Shown: one piece after another, positions 1-16,118 of the stretch
Position numbering within the stretch: the stretch's first letter is position 1
Layout of the letters: each line of letters starts with the position of its first letter
NCBI RefSeq assembly: GCF_009914755.1
Contig: NC_060925.1
DNA from: the human T2T-CHM13v2.0 reference genome, Homo sapiens
Direction: 5' to 3' (one strand)
DNA: 64,000 bases
Notes under the pieces: generated by a model
The model's database searches: none
The model's input: only the letters and a program-made list of their open reading frames with translations
What the model was told of the DNA's origin: nothing
Made by a program: the position numbers and the translations under genes

Positions 1-647
1 ATATATAAAGCAAATATCAATAGCTTTGAAGAGAGAGATAAATTGCAATACAATAAGACTTCAATACTCCACTTTCAACATTAGATCACCTAGACAGAAA
101 AAAAAAAATCAATGAGGAAACACTGGATTTGAACTACACTTTAGACCAAATGGCCCTACCAGATATTTATAGAATATTCCATACAACAGTAACAGAATAT
201 ACATTATTCTCAGTGCATATGGAACATTCTCCAGGATAGAGCATGTTAGGCCACAAAACAAGTCTTAACAAATTTAAGAACACTGAAATCATACGAAGTA
301 TCTTATGTGACCACACTAACATGAAACTAGAAATCAGTAATCAATGAAACCAAAGTTTTTTTTTAAAGATAAACAAATAGACAAACCTTTAGCTAGATTA
401 ACAAAGAAAAAGAGAAGATGCCAACAAAATCAGAATTAAAGAGGAGACATTACAACTGACATCGAAGAAAAAGAGACTACTAATCACGACTATGTTCCAA
501 TAAATTGGATAACCTAGAAGAAATGAAGATATTACTAGAAACATGCAGCCTACAAAAGCTGGAGTAAGGAAGTCATGAAAATCTGAATAGGCCAATAATA
601 ATTAAGGAAACTGATTCAATAAAAAGTATCTTATCAAAGAAAGACGA

Positions 648-977
<330 letters not shown>

Positions 978-2061
978 TCACCGCTGAGTTCTACCAAACA
1001 TATAAAGAACAGCAACCAATCCTTAAACTTTTCAAAAAAATTGAAGAGAAGGTAATACTTCCAAACTCATTTTAGAAAGCCAGTATTTACCCTGATTTCG
1101 AAGGCAGAAAAAGACACTACAAAAAAATAAACAAAGGAAACTACAGGCCAACAGCCCTGATGAAAAAAAATGCAAAAATCCTTAATAAAATATTAGTGAA
1201 CCAAATCCAAGAGCATAGTAAAAAGATCACTCACCATGATCAAGTGAGATTTATCCCAGAGATGCAAGAGTAGTTTGACGTACATAAATCAATAAAAATA
1301 ATACACATTAAGCAAATTAAAGACAAAAGCCACATGATTATTTTGATAGATGCAGAAAAAACATATGACAAAATTCAACATCCTTTCATGATAAAAACTA
1401 CCCCTGAAAAATAAGGTATGGAAAAAATGTACCCCAGCATAATAAAGGTCATATACCCACAGCTAACATCATACTCAGTGGTGAAAACTGAAAAGCTTTT
1501 CCTCTAAGATTAGAAACAAGACAAGAACGCCCACTCTTGCCACTTCTATTCAACATAGTACTGAAAGTTCTAGTCAGAGCAATAAGGCAAGAAAAAGAAA
1601 TAAAAGACATCTATATAGAAAAAGAAATGAGAATGTCTGTTTGCTGATGACATGATCTCATAGAGAGAAAACTTTAAAGACTCCACCAAAAAATCTAGTA
1701 ATAAACTGGTGATAAATTCTGCAAAGTTGCAGGTTACGATGTCAGCATACAAAAGTCCATAGCATTTCTATACACTAACAATGAACAATCCCCCCCAAAA
1801 TTGAGAGATCATATTTACAGTAACATCAAGAAATGAAATAGTTGTAACTTTAACCAAGGAGGTGAAAGATCTATGCACTAAAAACTAAAACACTAATGAA
1901 AGAAACTGAAGACATAAATAAGTGGAAAGACATCCCATATTCACTGATTGGAAGAATTAAATTGTTAAAATGTCCATATCACCTAAAGTGATCTACAGAT
2001 TCAATACAATTCCTATCAAAATTCCTATATCATTTCTTTACAGATACATAAAAAACAATAC

Positions 2062-2246
2062 GGCCAGACACAGCAGCTCACATCTGTAATCCCAGCACTT
2101 TAGGAAGCAGAGGTGGGAGGATCAGTTGAGGTCAGTACAAGGTTTTCAAGGCTACAGTGAGCTATGATTGTGCCACTGCACTCCAGCCCAGGCAACAGAG
2201 CAAGGCTCTGTCTCAAAAACAAAAACAAAAACAAACAAACAAAAAA
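2062..2246 (+). mobile_element. Alu monomer (FRAM/AluJ-like)
   Basis: Single Alu arm with A-rich tail. Confidence 0.85.
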
Positions 2247-2645
2247 AGAACAATCCTAAAATTTGTATGGATCCAGAAATGACTCTGAATAGCCAAAGCA
2301 ATCATGAGCAAAAAATCCAAAGGTGGACTCATTGCACACTGTGATTGCAAAATATATTACAAAGCTACTGTAATCAAAACAGCATGGTACTGGCATAAAA
2401 ATAGACACATCAACCAATGGAACAAGTTAGGAAGCCCAGAAATAAACCTAAGACTCCCAAGTATGTATGGTCAATTGATTTTTGGCAAAAGTGCCAAGAA
2501 CACACAACAGGGAAAGGACAGTCTCTTTAATAAAGTGTTGGGAAAACTGGATATTCACATTCACAGGAATGAAACTGGATCCTTACCTCATACAAAAATG
2601 CTCTTCCCCAGGTATCCACATTGCTTGCTTTCTCACACTCTTTAG

Positions 2646-3013
<368 letters not shown>

Positions 3014-3051
3014 TAATTCAGCAACAGAAATACATGGTGCAACGAGTGGAC

Positions 3052-3820
<769 letters not shown>

Positions 3821-4050
3821 AAAATTCAGTATTTTTATTAGGATCACATTAAATTTACATATTAACTAGGGGCGAATTAAAATTGTTAGGCTACAAAGGA
3901 TATCTTTCCATTTGTTCAAATCTACTTTTGTGTCTTTCAAGAATGTTTTAAAGCTTTCCTCCTTTAGGTTTTGCATACTTCTTGATGTACTTATTCCTAT
4001 ATATCTTATCTGTTTTATCGCTAATATATTTTTTGTTTTATTTTGTTTGC

Positions 4051-4195
4051 TTTTTTTTTTTTTTTTTTTTTTTTTTTTGAGTCAGTAGTATCGCTATGTT
4101 GCCTAGGCTTGTCTCAACCTCCTGGGCTCAAGCGATACTTCCAGCTAAGTCTCCCAAGTAGCTGGGACTACAGGCATGCACCACCATGCCTGGCT
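4051..4195 (-). mobile_element. Alu monomer (FLAM-like)
   Basis: Poly(T) followed by a single reverse arm. Confidence 0.85.
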
Positions 4196-4380
4196 TCATT
4201 GCTAATGTAAATGGTGGTTTCCTTTCTGTTATAACTTCTAAATGGTTATTATTTACATTTATGAAGATATTGACTTTTTGTATATCAAGTTTATGGCTTG
4301 CTATATTAACATATGTTTTATTGTTTTTATTATTGATTCTTTTGCATTTTTTACATATAACTTTTTTCATATAACTACAT

Positions 4381-4680
4381 TTTCTTATTTTTGAGACAGA
4401 GTCTCGCTGTCACCCAGGCTGGAGTGCAGTGGCGTGATCTTGGCTCACTGCAACCTCTACCTCCTGGGTTCAAGCAATTCTCATGCCTCTGCCTGCCCCC
4501 CAACCAGTAGCTGGAATTACAGGCACACGCCACCATGCCCAGCTAGTTTCTTGTATTTTTAGTGGAGACAGGGTTCTGCCATGTTGACCAGACTAGTCTC
4601 GAACTCCTGGCCTCAACTGATCCACTTGCCTCAGCCTCCCAGCGTGCCGGGATTACAGGCAGAAGCCACCATGCCCAGAC
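4381..4680 (-). mobile_element. Alu
   Basis: Reverse dimer. Confidence 0.92.
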
Positions 4681-4764
4681 AACTTTTTTCATTTATAAAT
4701 GGAAATAGTTATACTTATTCCTTTAAAATCTGTATGCCTCTCCATTGTCACTTATTAGTAGGAG

Positions 4765-5290
<526 letters not shown>

Positions 5291-5679
5291 AATTTTATGG
5301 CTCTAGTTATTTTTTTCTCTTTTTTTTTTTTTAAATCAGAGCCATCACACTGGATAGTTGTTTTTTTCTTATTTGACTGTGCTGGGTAGTATATCCAACA
5401 GTTAATGCAGATAGTGGGTATCCTTGTCTTGGTTCCTGACCTAAGTGAGAATTCCTCTAGTGTTTCCCCATATGCAAGACGTGTTAGCTATGCTGATGTT
5501 AGGACTGAAATCATCATGTTAAGAAATATACATCATTCTTATTATTTTAAAAATCAGGAGCACATATTGAATTTTGATGATTATCAACATCAATGCAAGA
5601 ATCATCCTTGCATTCTTGGAATAAAATCTATTTGGTCATGATTTTACATATATGTACATTTGTGCTTGTATATGTGCAC

Positions 5680-6460
5680 TCAAAACTTAGGCATCATCCT
5701 TGATTTCATTTCTATATCATACGTCACACTCAATTCATCAGAAAAGCTTGCTGGTGTTGCCTTTTGTGTACAACCCTAATTTGATCATTTTCTACATTTT
5801 TCAGCTGCAGCATTCTATTGCAAATCTGTATTGTTTTTATCTGAACTAACGCAAGAGTCTCCTAAATGGTTCCTCTATTTCTTGTCTTCTACCCTTACAG
5901 TCTTTTTTGCACAAAAATCCCTTCAGTAGTTTCTTATCCTGCTTAAAATAAAATCCAGCATCCTTACATGGTCAATACGGTCCTACTGTTTTTTAAATCT
6001 GGTGCCTACCTATATTTCCAACTCTCCCTCTCGTTCACTCCAGCTATACCAGCTTTCTGCCTATTCAACACACCAAGCTTATTTCTATCTCAAGACCATT
6101 TACTTGGTATTCTACATCTTTTCCCTGGCATGTTCTTTCCCCAAACCTTCTCATGGCTCTTTCACATTAGGTAGGACTTTGCTCAAATGTTACATTAGCA
6201 TAAATACCTTATTTTCCCAAATACTTTCTCTAATGTAGGGCTACCTACCTCTCCCACCCTCCAATTCCCCAATATTCATTCTCTCCTACTTTACTTTTCT
6301 CCATAGAATTTACCTTATAAGCATCTGAAATTATATTTTATTGTTTACTTGTTTATTGTTTGTCTCTCTTATCAGAAAAGTTTTGTCTTATTCACTACTG
6401 TATCCATAGTACCTGACACAAACTAATCATTCAATAAATATTTACTGCATAAAGGAAAGG
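5680..6460 (+). mobile_element. L2 3' portion
   Basis: AAACTTAGGCATCATCCTTGA start and TCAATAAATATTTACTG end resemble L2a. Confidence 0.7.
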
Positions 6461-6592
6461 AATAAGAAGTAAAAAAGAGAAGTTAGAAATACCAGCTACA
6501 GCAGCCAACTGCCCAACTGCATAAAGGCAGACTGTTACCTCCACCTGTATTCCTTGCTTGTTGAATCATGTGTTTAAAATTAACTTCTTTTT

Positions 6593-7062
<470 letters not shown>

Positions 7063-8050
7063 CTAGAGTTAGAGCTGAATGCATTAACTAGATCATGGCA
7101 TTAACCCTCCTCTGTGAGAGGGTATGAGCATGTTTTGGTTTCATATGGAATAATTTCACTGTGTTGATCAGAACATTTTTAAACTGCATGTGTAAGAGGA
7201 AGAATCAGATTGTTGAGTAGCCAAGAACCACATTGTCACTTTTGCCTATCCAAGTTCCATTATTCCTTCTTTTGTAACAGTCCCTAATTTCCCTTTGGGA
7301 AACAATGACTCCACTTTTACTCATGCAAATGAGACTGTCAACCAAGGTGTCCTTCCTTCTTTTGGTCCAACGGGTCATATGACCGTACCTGGACAGAAAT
7401 ATAACTCTTACATAAAGTTTGGAAAATATGGGAAAATAGTTAATTTGATACAAAATCCCAGTGGTTCCTTAAAGGAAATGGTCATTAGTTCCAGCTTTAG
7501 TTTTATCTTTTCTGAAGTATGTTTCCTCAGCTTGTCTTTCAATTTTGTTAGCTACTTCATATCTTTTCTTAATAAAACTTCTGTTTTGTTTGTTAGCCAA
7601 CAAAAATACCCTACCTGGAATACCTAAACTATTACTTTTTCATTTGAAAAATGTGACTAATATTGAGAAAATTTTGGTGTGAAGATTAAACGAGATATTC
7701 ATTCAAACATTCAAATATTTGAGTACTTCTACTGACCAAGCCTGCTAGGGATAGAGAAACACAAGATACAAACCCAAAGTGAAGGAGTGAAAGAGTGAGG
7801 GACATAACATTATGTAGAGATGTGAACTGGACCACTTGTGAAGAGATGGTTTTTGATACAAGAAACACTTCCCCCACTGTATTACATTGAGCAATATGAA
7901 ACTGGCATGTTCAACCATTTTTGAAATATAAAAGTAAAAATTTCATATAGTTCAATGTTATGGTAGAAAAGAAACAAGAGAAAGCAGCTACAAATGCACT
8001 TAGATTTATAGATTTAGTGGTGGAAATTTAAAGAAGCACCTGTCTCTCCA

Positions 8051-8248
8051 ATGGCTTCTCGGCCTTTTGGCTAAGATCAAGTGAAGTATCTGTTAATACC
8101 TGATATGTCCTCTACCCGAGAACAATATATTACATGGATTTTTGGAGTAGGGAGATGGAATAGGAGCTTGCTCCATCCACTCCTCGCATCGACCTGGTAT
8201 TGCAGTACTTCAGGAACGGTGCACCCCTCCGGGGGAAAAAAAAAAAAA
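8051..8248 (+). pseudogene. U2 snRNA retropseudogene in ERO1B intron 2 (antisense to host)
   Basis: ATGGCTTCTCGGCCTTTTGGCTAAGATCAAGTG...ATTTTTGG (Sm site)...GGAACGGTGCACC matches U2; poly(A) tail; 16-nt TSD AAAGAAGCAC(C/A)TGTCT at 8030-8045 and 8251-8266. From memory possibly RNU2-70P, not verifiable here. Confidence 0.95.
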
Positions 8249-8506
8249 TGAAAGAAGCACATGTCTTATTCATATGTAAAATGCCTAGAGTAACAGACAC
8301 TCAATAGTCTATTTAGGTATAGATTACTCTTTGAAATAAATTCATGAAATATGCTTTCCTAAAGGATTTTGTACAGAGGAGAAACATACATCACCTTTTT
8401 TGGATGTTCCTGGTGCTGATAAGAGAGATGTGTTCCCAAATCTTTAATTCTCTTATTTGTTATATTTCTGCACAAGATACTAGTTTTTAATCATCAAAAA
8501 TATTTA

Positions 8507-8733
<227 letters not shown>

Positions 8734-8875
8734 TTAGCTGACGTAAGCCTAGAAAACAAAAAGACACATGGATAGATAGATAGATTGATCAATCGATAGA
8801 TCACTTGAAGCCAGGAATTTGAGATCGGCCTGGGCAAACATGGCAAGACCCTGTCTCTAAAAAAAGCAAAAACAA

Positions 8876-9586
<711 letters not shown>

Positions 9587-10144
9587 TTACTGCTATATTT
9601 AAAGATTGCTGCTGCCTTTAAAGTATCACCGGTTATTTTGTAAAGGTCTAGAGTAGACTATTACTAGATTTAAGAACCAATTCTGGAGCATCACTGTCGG
9701 TAGTGGTCTACTTGGAGCCTCAGCCTGTTTTGCCAGCCCTCTCAGAAAGAGGTCCAACAAAGATGCTGCTGTGGTCCTTTCCACTAACAATGCTAGCACA
9801 CTGACATCAGCACAACTCAAAGGCTGAGTAGGTGTGTCCAGATGGCAGAACTATGTTATAAGAGAGGCTGACAAAGTAAGTCTGTGGCATTTTCAGCTTC
9901 TATAGAGACAGTAGTCTCTGCCTAAAAACCAAAACTGAAAAATGAGGAACTCCCCATACAAAGGAAGGGGGCTAAGATTTGTACTGTTTAAAAAGATCAA
10001 TAGGTTTCCACTGCAATACATAATAAATTCAGTGATGAAAGATATACACAAGGTGCTGAGAGGAACTGAAATGGGCTTTCAAAAGGATCATAAAGGTCAC
10101 ATATAAACCTTTGATATCAACAGAATAAAAAATTACAACCTTAC

Positions 10145-10264
10145 CTTGTAATAACGAAAATAGTCTCTCTCTTGCAATTTTTTTATTTTGGGGAAGATTT
10201 TGTAGGTATTGAAGTTATCGATGCTGTCAATATCACACAAGCAATCATCCAGAACTCCAGTGAC
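10145..10264 (-). CDS. ERO1B: ERO1B coding exon 2 ([40 protein letters not shown])
   Basis: 120-nt exon bounded by ttctag| and AAG|gtaagg, phase 0/0, in frame with exon 1; peptide matches ERO1B residues 35-74. Confidence 0.97.
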
Positions 10265-10639
10265 CTAGAATTTATATAATTTAAAATATGTAAACTACTG
10301 ATGTTTCAACCTTAACAAATCTACACTATTATATAAAAATGTAATTTATTCATTCAAGTTAGCCGGTACTTGCTGATTAAGATATAACATTAAAGCAGTC
10401 AACTTACTTTTTACTGTGGCCAATGAGATAAAAAACAATAGAAAGATTAGCTATACCCATTTGGAAGAACATTTCTCTTTAGCACTTGAAGAGTATTGAA
10501 TTCTCCTTCCTCTACTTAAACATATATGAAATCCAAGTGGCCACTGGAATACCAAAGCAATATCTTCCCAAACTAACCTAGAAGTTACAGACTGTAATAA
10601 TATTGCTGTAGTAACCCATGTCTTTTATCTTTCCTTTAG

Positions 10640-10850
10640 GTGGCCATTTATGGAACACTTACATGACAGGCACAGTATTAAGAGCTTTATATTATCTCAT
10701 TTCCTCTTTAAAAGTATTTCATGAATGAGGTATTATAATCTTCATATTACATATAAGGAAATTAAGGTTTAGCAACCTTAATTTTTCCAAAGTAGAAATG
10801 GAACTTATTCCCAATCTATCAGACTTTAAAATCAATGATCTTATCCACTA
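10640..10850 (-). mobile_element. MIR
   Basis: GGCACAGTATTAAGAGCTTTAT...ATAAGGAAATTAAGG resembles the reverse MIR core. Confidence 0.6.
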
Positions 10851-10944
10851 TTCAAAGATTATTTGCTAATCCAAGAAGAGAAATTGGTATTTACAAAGTG
10901 AATTTAGAGTCCCAAAATTCCATAAAACAATCTTTGGCTAAATT

Positions 10945-11490
10945 AAAAATGGAACTCATTGACTGATATGCACAACCTGGATTTATCTTCCAGGAATTAT
11001 CCTGAATGAAAAAGCCAAGCCAAAAGGTTACACACTATATGATTCCATTTACAGAACACTTTTTAAATGAAAAAATTTTAGAAATGGAAAGCACATCATT
11101 TGTTGCCAGGGATTAGGGACTGGGGTAGGGGATGGATGGTGGGGTAGGTAGGGTAGGAAGGAAATAGTGTGGTTATAAAAGGGCAACAGAAGCAATATTT
11201 GTGGTGACAAAACTGTTCAGTATTTTGACTGTGATGGTGAACACATGAACCTATGTATGTGATAAAATTATATGGAACTAATACATACACATACAAACAA
11301 AACAAGTAAAACTGGGAGAATCTGAACAAGATCAGTAGATTCTATCACTGTCAATGTCCCAATTATAACACTGTACTACATGTTTACAGGATGTTACCAT
11401 TGGGATAAATAGATAAAGAGTATATGGGATTTCTGTGTTATTTCTTGCAACTCCATATGAACTAACAACCAAAATTTTCAAAAAAACAAA
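10945..11490 (+). mobile_element. L1MC-type 3' end
   Basis: CAAAAGGTTACACACTATATGATTCCATTT and downstream L1MC 3'-UTR motifs. Confidence 0.75.
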
Positions 11491-11958
11491 AAATGGGTCT
11501 CAGCCTGTTAAAGGTTATTTATATGGTCCATAGGAGGAATATATGCAAGTAATGATCAGAAAATGGAAACCAGTCCTTGCAAGCTGTTTCATTCTCATTC
11601 TCTCTCCCTAGGAGTATAAATGTGTCCCCAGACTCCCTTCAACAGAGTTAGGGCTATATTATCTTGAGATAAATGATCATTACCAAGAATTTTGGCTCTA
11701 GAGTTACATTTACTTTGCTGTCCGACTCACTAGGATCCTGTCACTAACTCCCAAATTTCATTCCATTGCTCTCACTTACTACTTACAAGACTGCGAGTTC
11801 TATTTTTTCCTTCCTCCCCAGCCAATCTGAAATATGTTTGTAAAGACTTCAAATCATAGCCCCTAAATAGGAAAAAAATACAAACCAAAAAGCTCCCTAG
11901 GTTTTAAAAATATTTTATCTAGTGATTGTTCTTTATATATAATATATAATTAAATAAC

Positions 11959-13069
11959 AAAATAAATACTGCCAGTGTCCTTTAAGCTCCTCTTTAATTA
12001 CATCTACCTCCCTCTCCCTAAAGGTAGAAATAAATCTTGTTTTTGTTTTGTTATCAATTTTTCCTTTTCTGGTAATGCAGCCCTAAACAATATGCTTGAG
12101 TTTTTTTGTTCTTTCTTATAAATTTTTCTTAAATTGTTGACTTTTAGTTTATAAAGCACCATATTTTACTTCTTTAAAACATTTTAATTGTGGTAGGGGA
12201 TGGGTTAACAAAGTTGCCATGTACATATTTGTAACCTTTAAAAGACTACTGAGACAGAAACCTGTGTATCACCAAAAACTTTTTAAATACTGCCAGTATC
12301 ATATTAAAAAGTAAAACAAAAAAACAGATGTTGGCAAGGATGTGGAAAAAAGGGAATGCTTATACACTGTTAGTGGGAATGCAAATTAGTTCAACACCTA
12401 TGAAAAACAATATGGAGATTTATCAAAGAAATAAAAGTAGAACCATCATTTGACCCTGCAATCCCACTACCGGGTATCTATCTACCCAAAGGAAATCATT
12501 ATATCAAAAAGACACCTGCACTTGAACGTTTATCACGGCACTATTCACAGTACTGAAGTCGTGCAATCATCACGTAGTCAAGTGCCCATCAACGGTGGAT
12601 GGAATAAAGAAAATGTGGTCTATGTACACCATGGAATACTAAGTAGCCATTTAAAAAAAATGAAATAATGTCCTTTGCAGCAACATGGATGCAGCTGGAG
12701 GCCATTATCCTAAGTGAATTAATGCAAAAGCAGAAAATCAAATACTGCATGTTCTCACTTGTAAGTGGGAGCTAACACTGAGTATACATGAACATAAGGA
12801 AGGAAACAACACTGGGGACCCCAAAAGGTGAGGAAAGAGGGGGACAAGAGCTGAAAAATTCCCTATACCCATGTAACAAACCTGCACATGTACCCCCTGA
12901 ATCTTAGGAAAAAAATAAAAAATAAAAATAAATACTGCCAGTATCCTTTAAGCTCCTCTTTAATTACATCTACCTCCCTCTCCCTAAAGGTAGAAATAAA
13001 TCTTGTTTTTGTTATCAGTTTTTCCTTTTCTGGTAATACATCCCTAAACAATATGCTTGAGGTTTTTTT
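11959..13069 (+). repeat. ~150-bp direct repeat (11959-12107 and 12925-13069)
   Basis: Both copies read AAAATAAATACTGCCAGT(G/A)TCCTTTAAGCTCCTCTTTAATTACATCTACC...AATATGCTTGAG, with a few substitutions and small indels. Confidence 0.95.
12301..12929 (+). mobile_element. 5'-truncated L1PA/L1PB 3' end
   Basis: GCAACATGGATGCAGCTGGAGGCCATTATCC and ACAAACCTGCACATGTACCCC motifs; TSD AAATACTGCCAGTATC at 12285-12300 and 12930-12945. Confidence 0.92.
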
Positions 13070-13257
13070 CCCCCATTTTTGAACTTTAATATTAATGGAA
13101 TCTAATGTGTGAATTTTTCTGTGATGTGCCTCTTTTGTTAACACTTTATTATGGCATCTATGATGATGAGGTTTGTAGCACCTCATTCATTTTCCCTGTT
13201 GCAAGTGTTACATTTTATTAGAATATCATAATTTATCCATTCTACTCTTGATGCATA

Positions 13258-13705
13258 CAGTAGACAGAATGTCCCACCCCCAAGATGTCCCTAATTCCTG
13301 AAATAAGCAAATATATTATTTTTGCATGGCAAAGGGGACTTCAAAGATGTGATTAATTTGAGGATCTTGAGATGGAAGGAGTATACTGGATTATTCAGGT
13401 GAGACGAGTTCTTTATGAGAGAGGAAGGCGGGAGTGTCAGAGTCAGAGAGAGACTGGAAGATGCTATACTGCTGGCTCTGAAGATGAAGGAATAAAGAGG
13501 TCATAAGCCAAAAATCATGACAATACCTAGAAGCTTGAAAAGGAGCCTCCAGAAGGAAATGCAACCTTGCTGACATCTTGATTTTAACCCTGTAAATCCC
13601 ATTTTCAGAATTCTGGCCCCCAGAACTACAGCATGATAAATTTATATTGTTTTTAAGTCATTATATTTGTGGCAATTTGTCACAACAGCAATAGAAAATT
13701 ACCAC
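13258..13705 (+). mobile_element. MaLR LTR (MLT1C/D-like)
   Basis: CATGGCAAAGGGGACTT...GGCAATTTGTCACAACAGCAATAGAAAA signature. Confidence 0.8.
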
Positions 13706-13812
13706 AATCCAAATTTAGATTGTTTTCAGATTTGGCTAAAGAACATTGCTACACAAATGTTTCTGGACACATATTCTGGTGTAAAAACACATGCAAGAGT
13801 TTCTCCAGGTTG

Positions 13813-14096
13813 GGCCAGGCACAATGACTCACACCTGTAATCTTAGCACTTTGGGAGGCGGACACAGGAGAATTGAGTCCAGCCTGGGCAACATGGCAAA
13901 ACCCTGTCTCTACAAAAGTACAAAAATTAGCCAGGTCTGGTGGTGAGCATCTGTAGTCCCAGCTACTCAAGAGGCTGAGATGGGAGGATCACCTGAACTC
14001 AGGGGGTCGAGGTTGCAGTGAGCCAAAATCACACCACTGCACTCCAGCTTGGGGAAAAGAGCGAGACCTTGTCTCAAAAGAAAAAAAAAAAAAAAA
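13813..14096 (+). mobile_element. Alu (AluJ-like)
   Basis: Dimer with 17-nt TSD AAGAGTTTCTCCAGGTT. Confidence 0.92.
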
Positions 14097-14245
14097 GAGT
14101 TTCTCCAGGTTATATGCTTAGGAATGGAACCGCTGAAAGTATATGTTCAGCTTTTTCAGGAAATGGCAAAATGATTTCCAAAACAGTTTTACCAATTTAC
14201 CAGCCCCTCAACAATGAATGGGACTTACTGTTGAGCCATATCCTA

Positions 14246-14545
14246 TTTTTTTTTTTTTTTTTTTGAGACAGAGTCTCACTCTGTCACCCAAGCAAGAGCG
14301 CAGGATCACAGTCTTGGCTCACTGAAACCTCCGCTTCCTGGGTTCAAGTGATTCTCGTGCCTCAGCCTCCGGAGTAGCTGGGACTACAGGCACATGCCAC
14401 CATGCCCAGCTAATTTTTGTATTTTTAGTAGAGACAGCGTTTCACCATGTTGGCCAGGCTGGTCTCAAACTCCTGGCCTCCAGTGATCCGCCTGCCTCAG
14501 CCTCTCAAAGTGCTGGGATTGCAGGTGTGAGCCACTGTGCCAGCC
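14246..14545 (-). mobile_element. Alu (AluS-like)
   Basis: Reverse dimer. Confidence 0.92.
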
Positions 14546-15379
14546 CATATCCTCATCAATATTTAATATTAATCTATGCTTTAATTTTTGCCAATCTAGT
14601 TAGCATGAAAGGTTATCTTTTTTCTTATTTGCACTAAGAAGGTACAATGTTCATATGTTTTATGACACATTTATATTTCTTCTTGTGTAAAATGTCTATT
14701 TATATCTTTGATTCACTTTTCTGTTAGGTTATCTTCTTCATACTCATCTGCAGAAATCAATACTGCTTCTTCCCTATTCTATTATATTCTTTTAGAACTC
14801 CAATTAGATGTATTAGACATTCTCACTCTATTCTCCAGGTATCTTAAGTTCTCTTTAATATTTATTATCCCATTGTCTCTTTAGATTTCATTCTGAATAA
14901 TTTATTTGCATCTATCTTCCATTCACTTATTCATTAATTCAGCCTATTTACTGAGGCCCAACATAAGATTTGCACTGCTTTAAGTGCTGGGGATATAAAA
15001 TTAGAAGAAAAAAAAAAGACAAAAATCTCTGCCCTCAAGGAGTTTACATTCTCATAGGGAAAAGGGGGTGCAAAATGAATGAACAAAGTACAAAATGTCA
15101 GATGGTAATAAAGTGATATAGATAAAACTAAGGACTGGAAACAGACTGCAGAACTGGGGCTGCTAACCATTTAAAATAGGACAGTTACAGAAGGTGTCAT
15201 GAAATTTTGGCAAGGAGCAAGACATGCAGGTATCTGGGGGGACAGCATTCCAGGCATTGGGAGTGAGTGCAAAGATCCTAATGCAGTAAGCTTGCCCCGT
15301 GTTTTTGAGGAATAAGGAGGACTATACAATAGGCAAGAAGGAGAATTAGACCACTATAAGATTTTAGCTTTTACTGAAT

Positions 15380-16118
15380 CTGAGTTATTTTCTCACACCA
15401 ACCAATTCTCCAACTCTGAGACCAACTGGGTGGTGTCCAACAATTCAATTCTGACACTATCCACCATCAGTGCAGACCTACAAATTAAGGGCTGAGTCCC
15501 ACAAGATGGCCCCACTCCTGACACAAATCTCAGGTCCTGAGCCACTTGTTCTTCTGACTGGCTATCAATTGTGGGTTCCTAGCACTTCCATTGCAGGTTT
15601 GATAATTTGCCAGAATGGCTCACAGAACTCAGAAAGACACTTTACTTACAGTTATCAATTATAAAGGATACAACTCAGTAATAACCAAATGGAAGAGATG
15701 CATTGGGCAAGCTACTAAGGCAGAGGGATGTGCAGAGCCTCCGTGCCTCTCTCAACATGCCACCCTCCCAATAAGTCAATGTATTCCCCAACCCGGAAGC
15801 TCATCAAATCAAGTTGTTCAAGAGTTCTTACGGAGCTAAATCTCCAGCACCCACCTCTCCCCTTCCTGCAGATTGGTGGGGCCAAAAGTTTCAACTTTCT
15901 AATCACTTGGGTCTTTGTGGTGACCAGCCCCCAATCCTGAGGCTATCTATGTAGGGTCCCCGTCTTAAGTCATTTCATTACTATAAACACAAGTGTGATT
16001 GAAAGGGGCTCATTATGAGTAACAAAAGGCACTCCTATGACTCAAATTCCAAGGGTTTTAAAGGGCTCTATGTCAGCAATCAGAAATAAAGACCAAATAT
16101 ATTTTTGGATGACACCAT
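15380..16118 (-). mobile_element. ERVL LTR (MER21-like)
   Basis: CAATTCAATTCTGACACTA...TTAAGGGCTGAGTCCCACAAGA motif. Confidence 0.75.

Noticed and set aside
2304-2645. L1 ORF2 and ORF1 peptide fragments (also 61434-61898) as an active L1
   Set aside because: Fragmented, full of stops and interrupted by other elements
11109-11153. G-quadruplex motif GGGATTAGGGACTGGGGTAGGGG
   Set aside because: Part of the ordinary G-rich L1MC 3' UTR; nothing suggests a specific role
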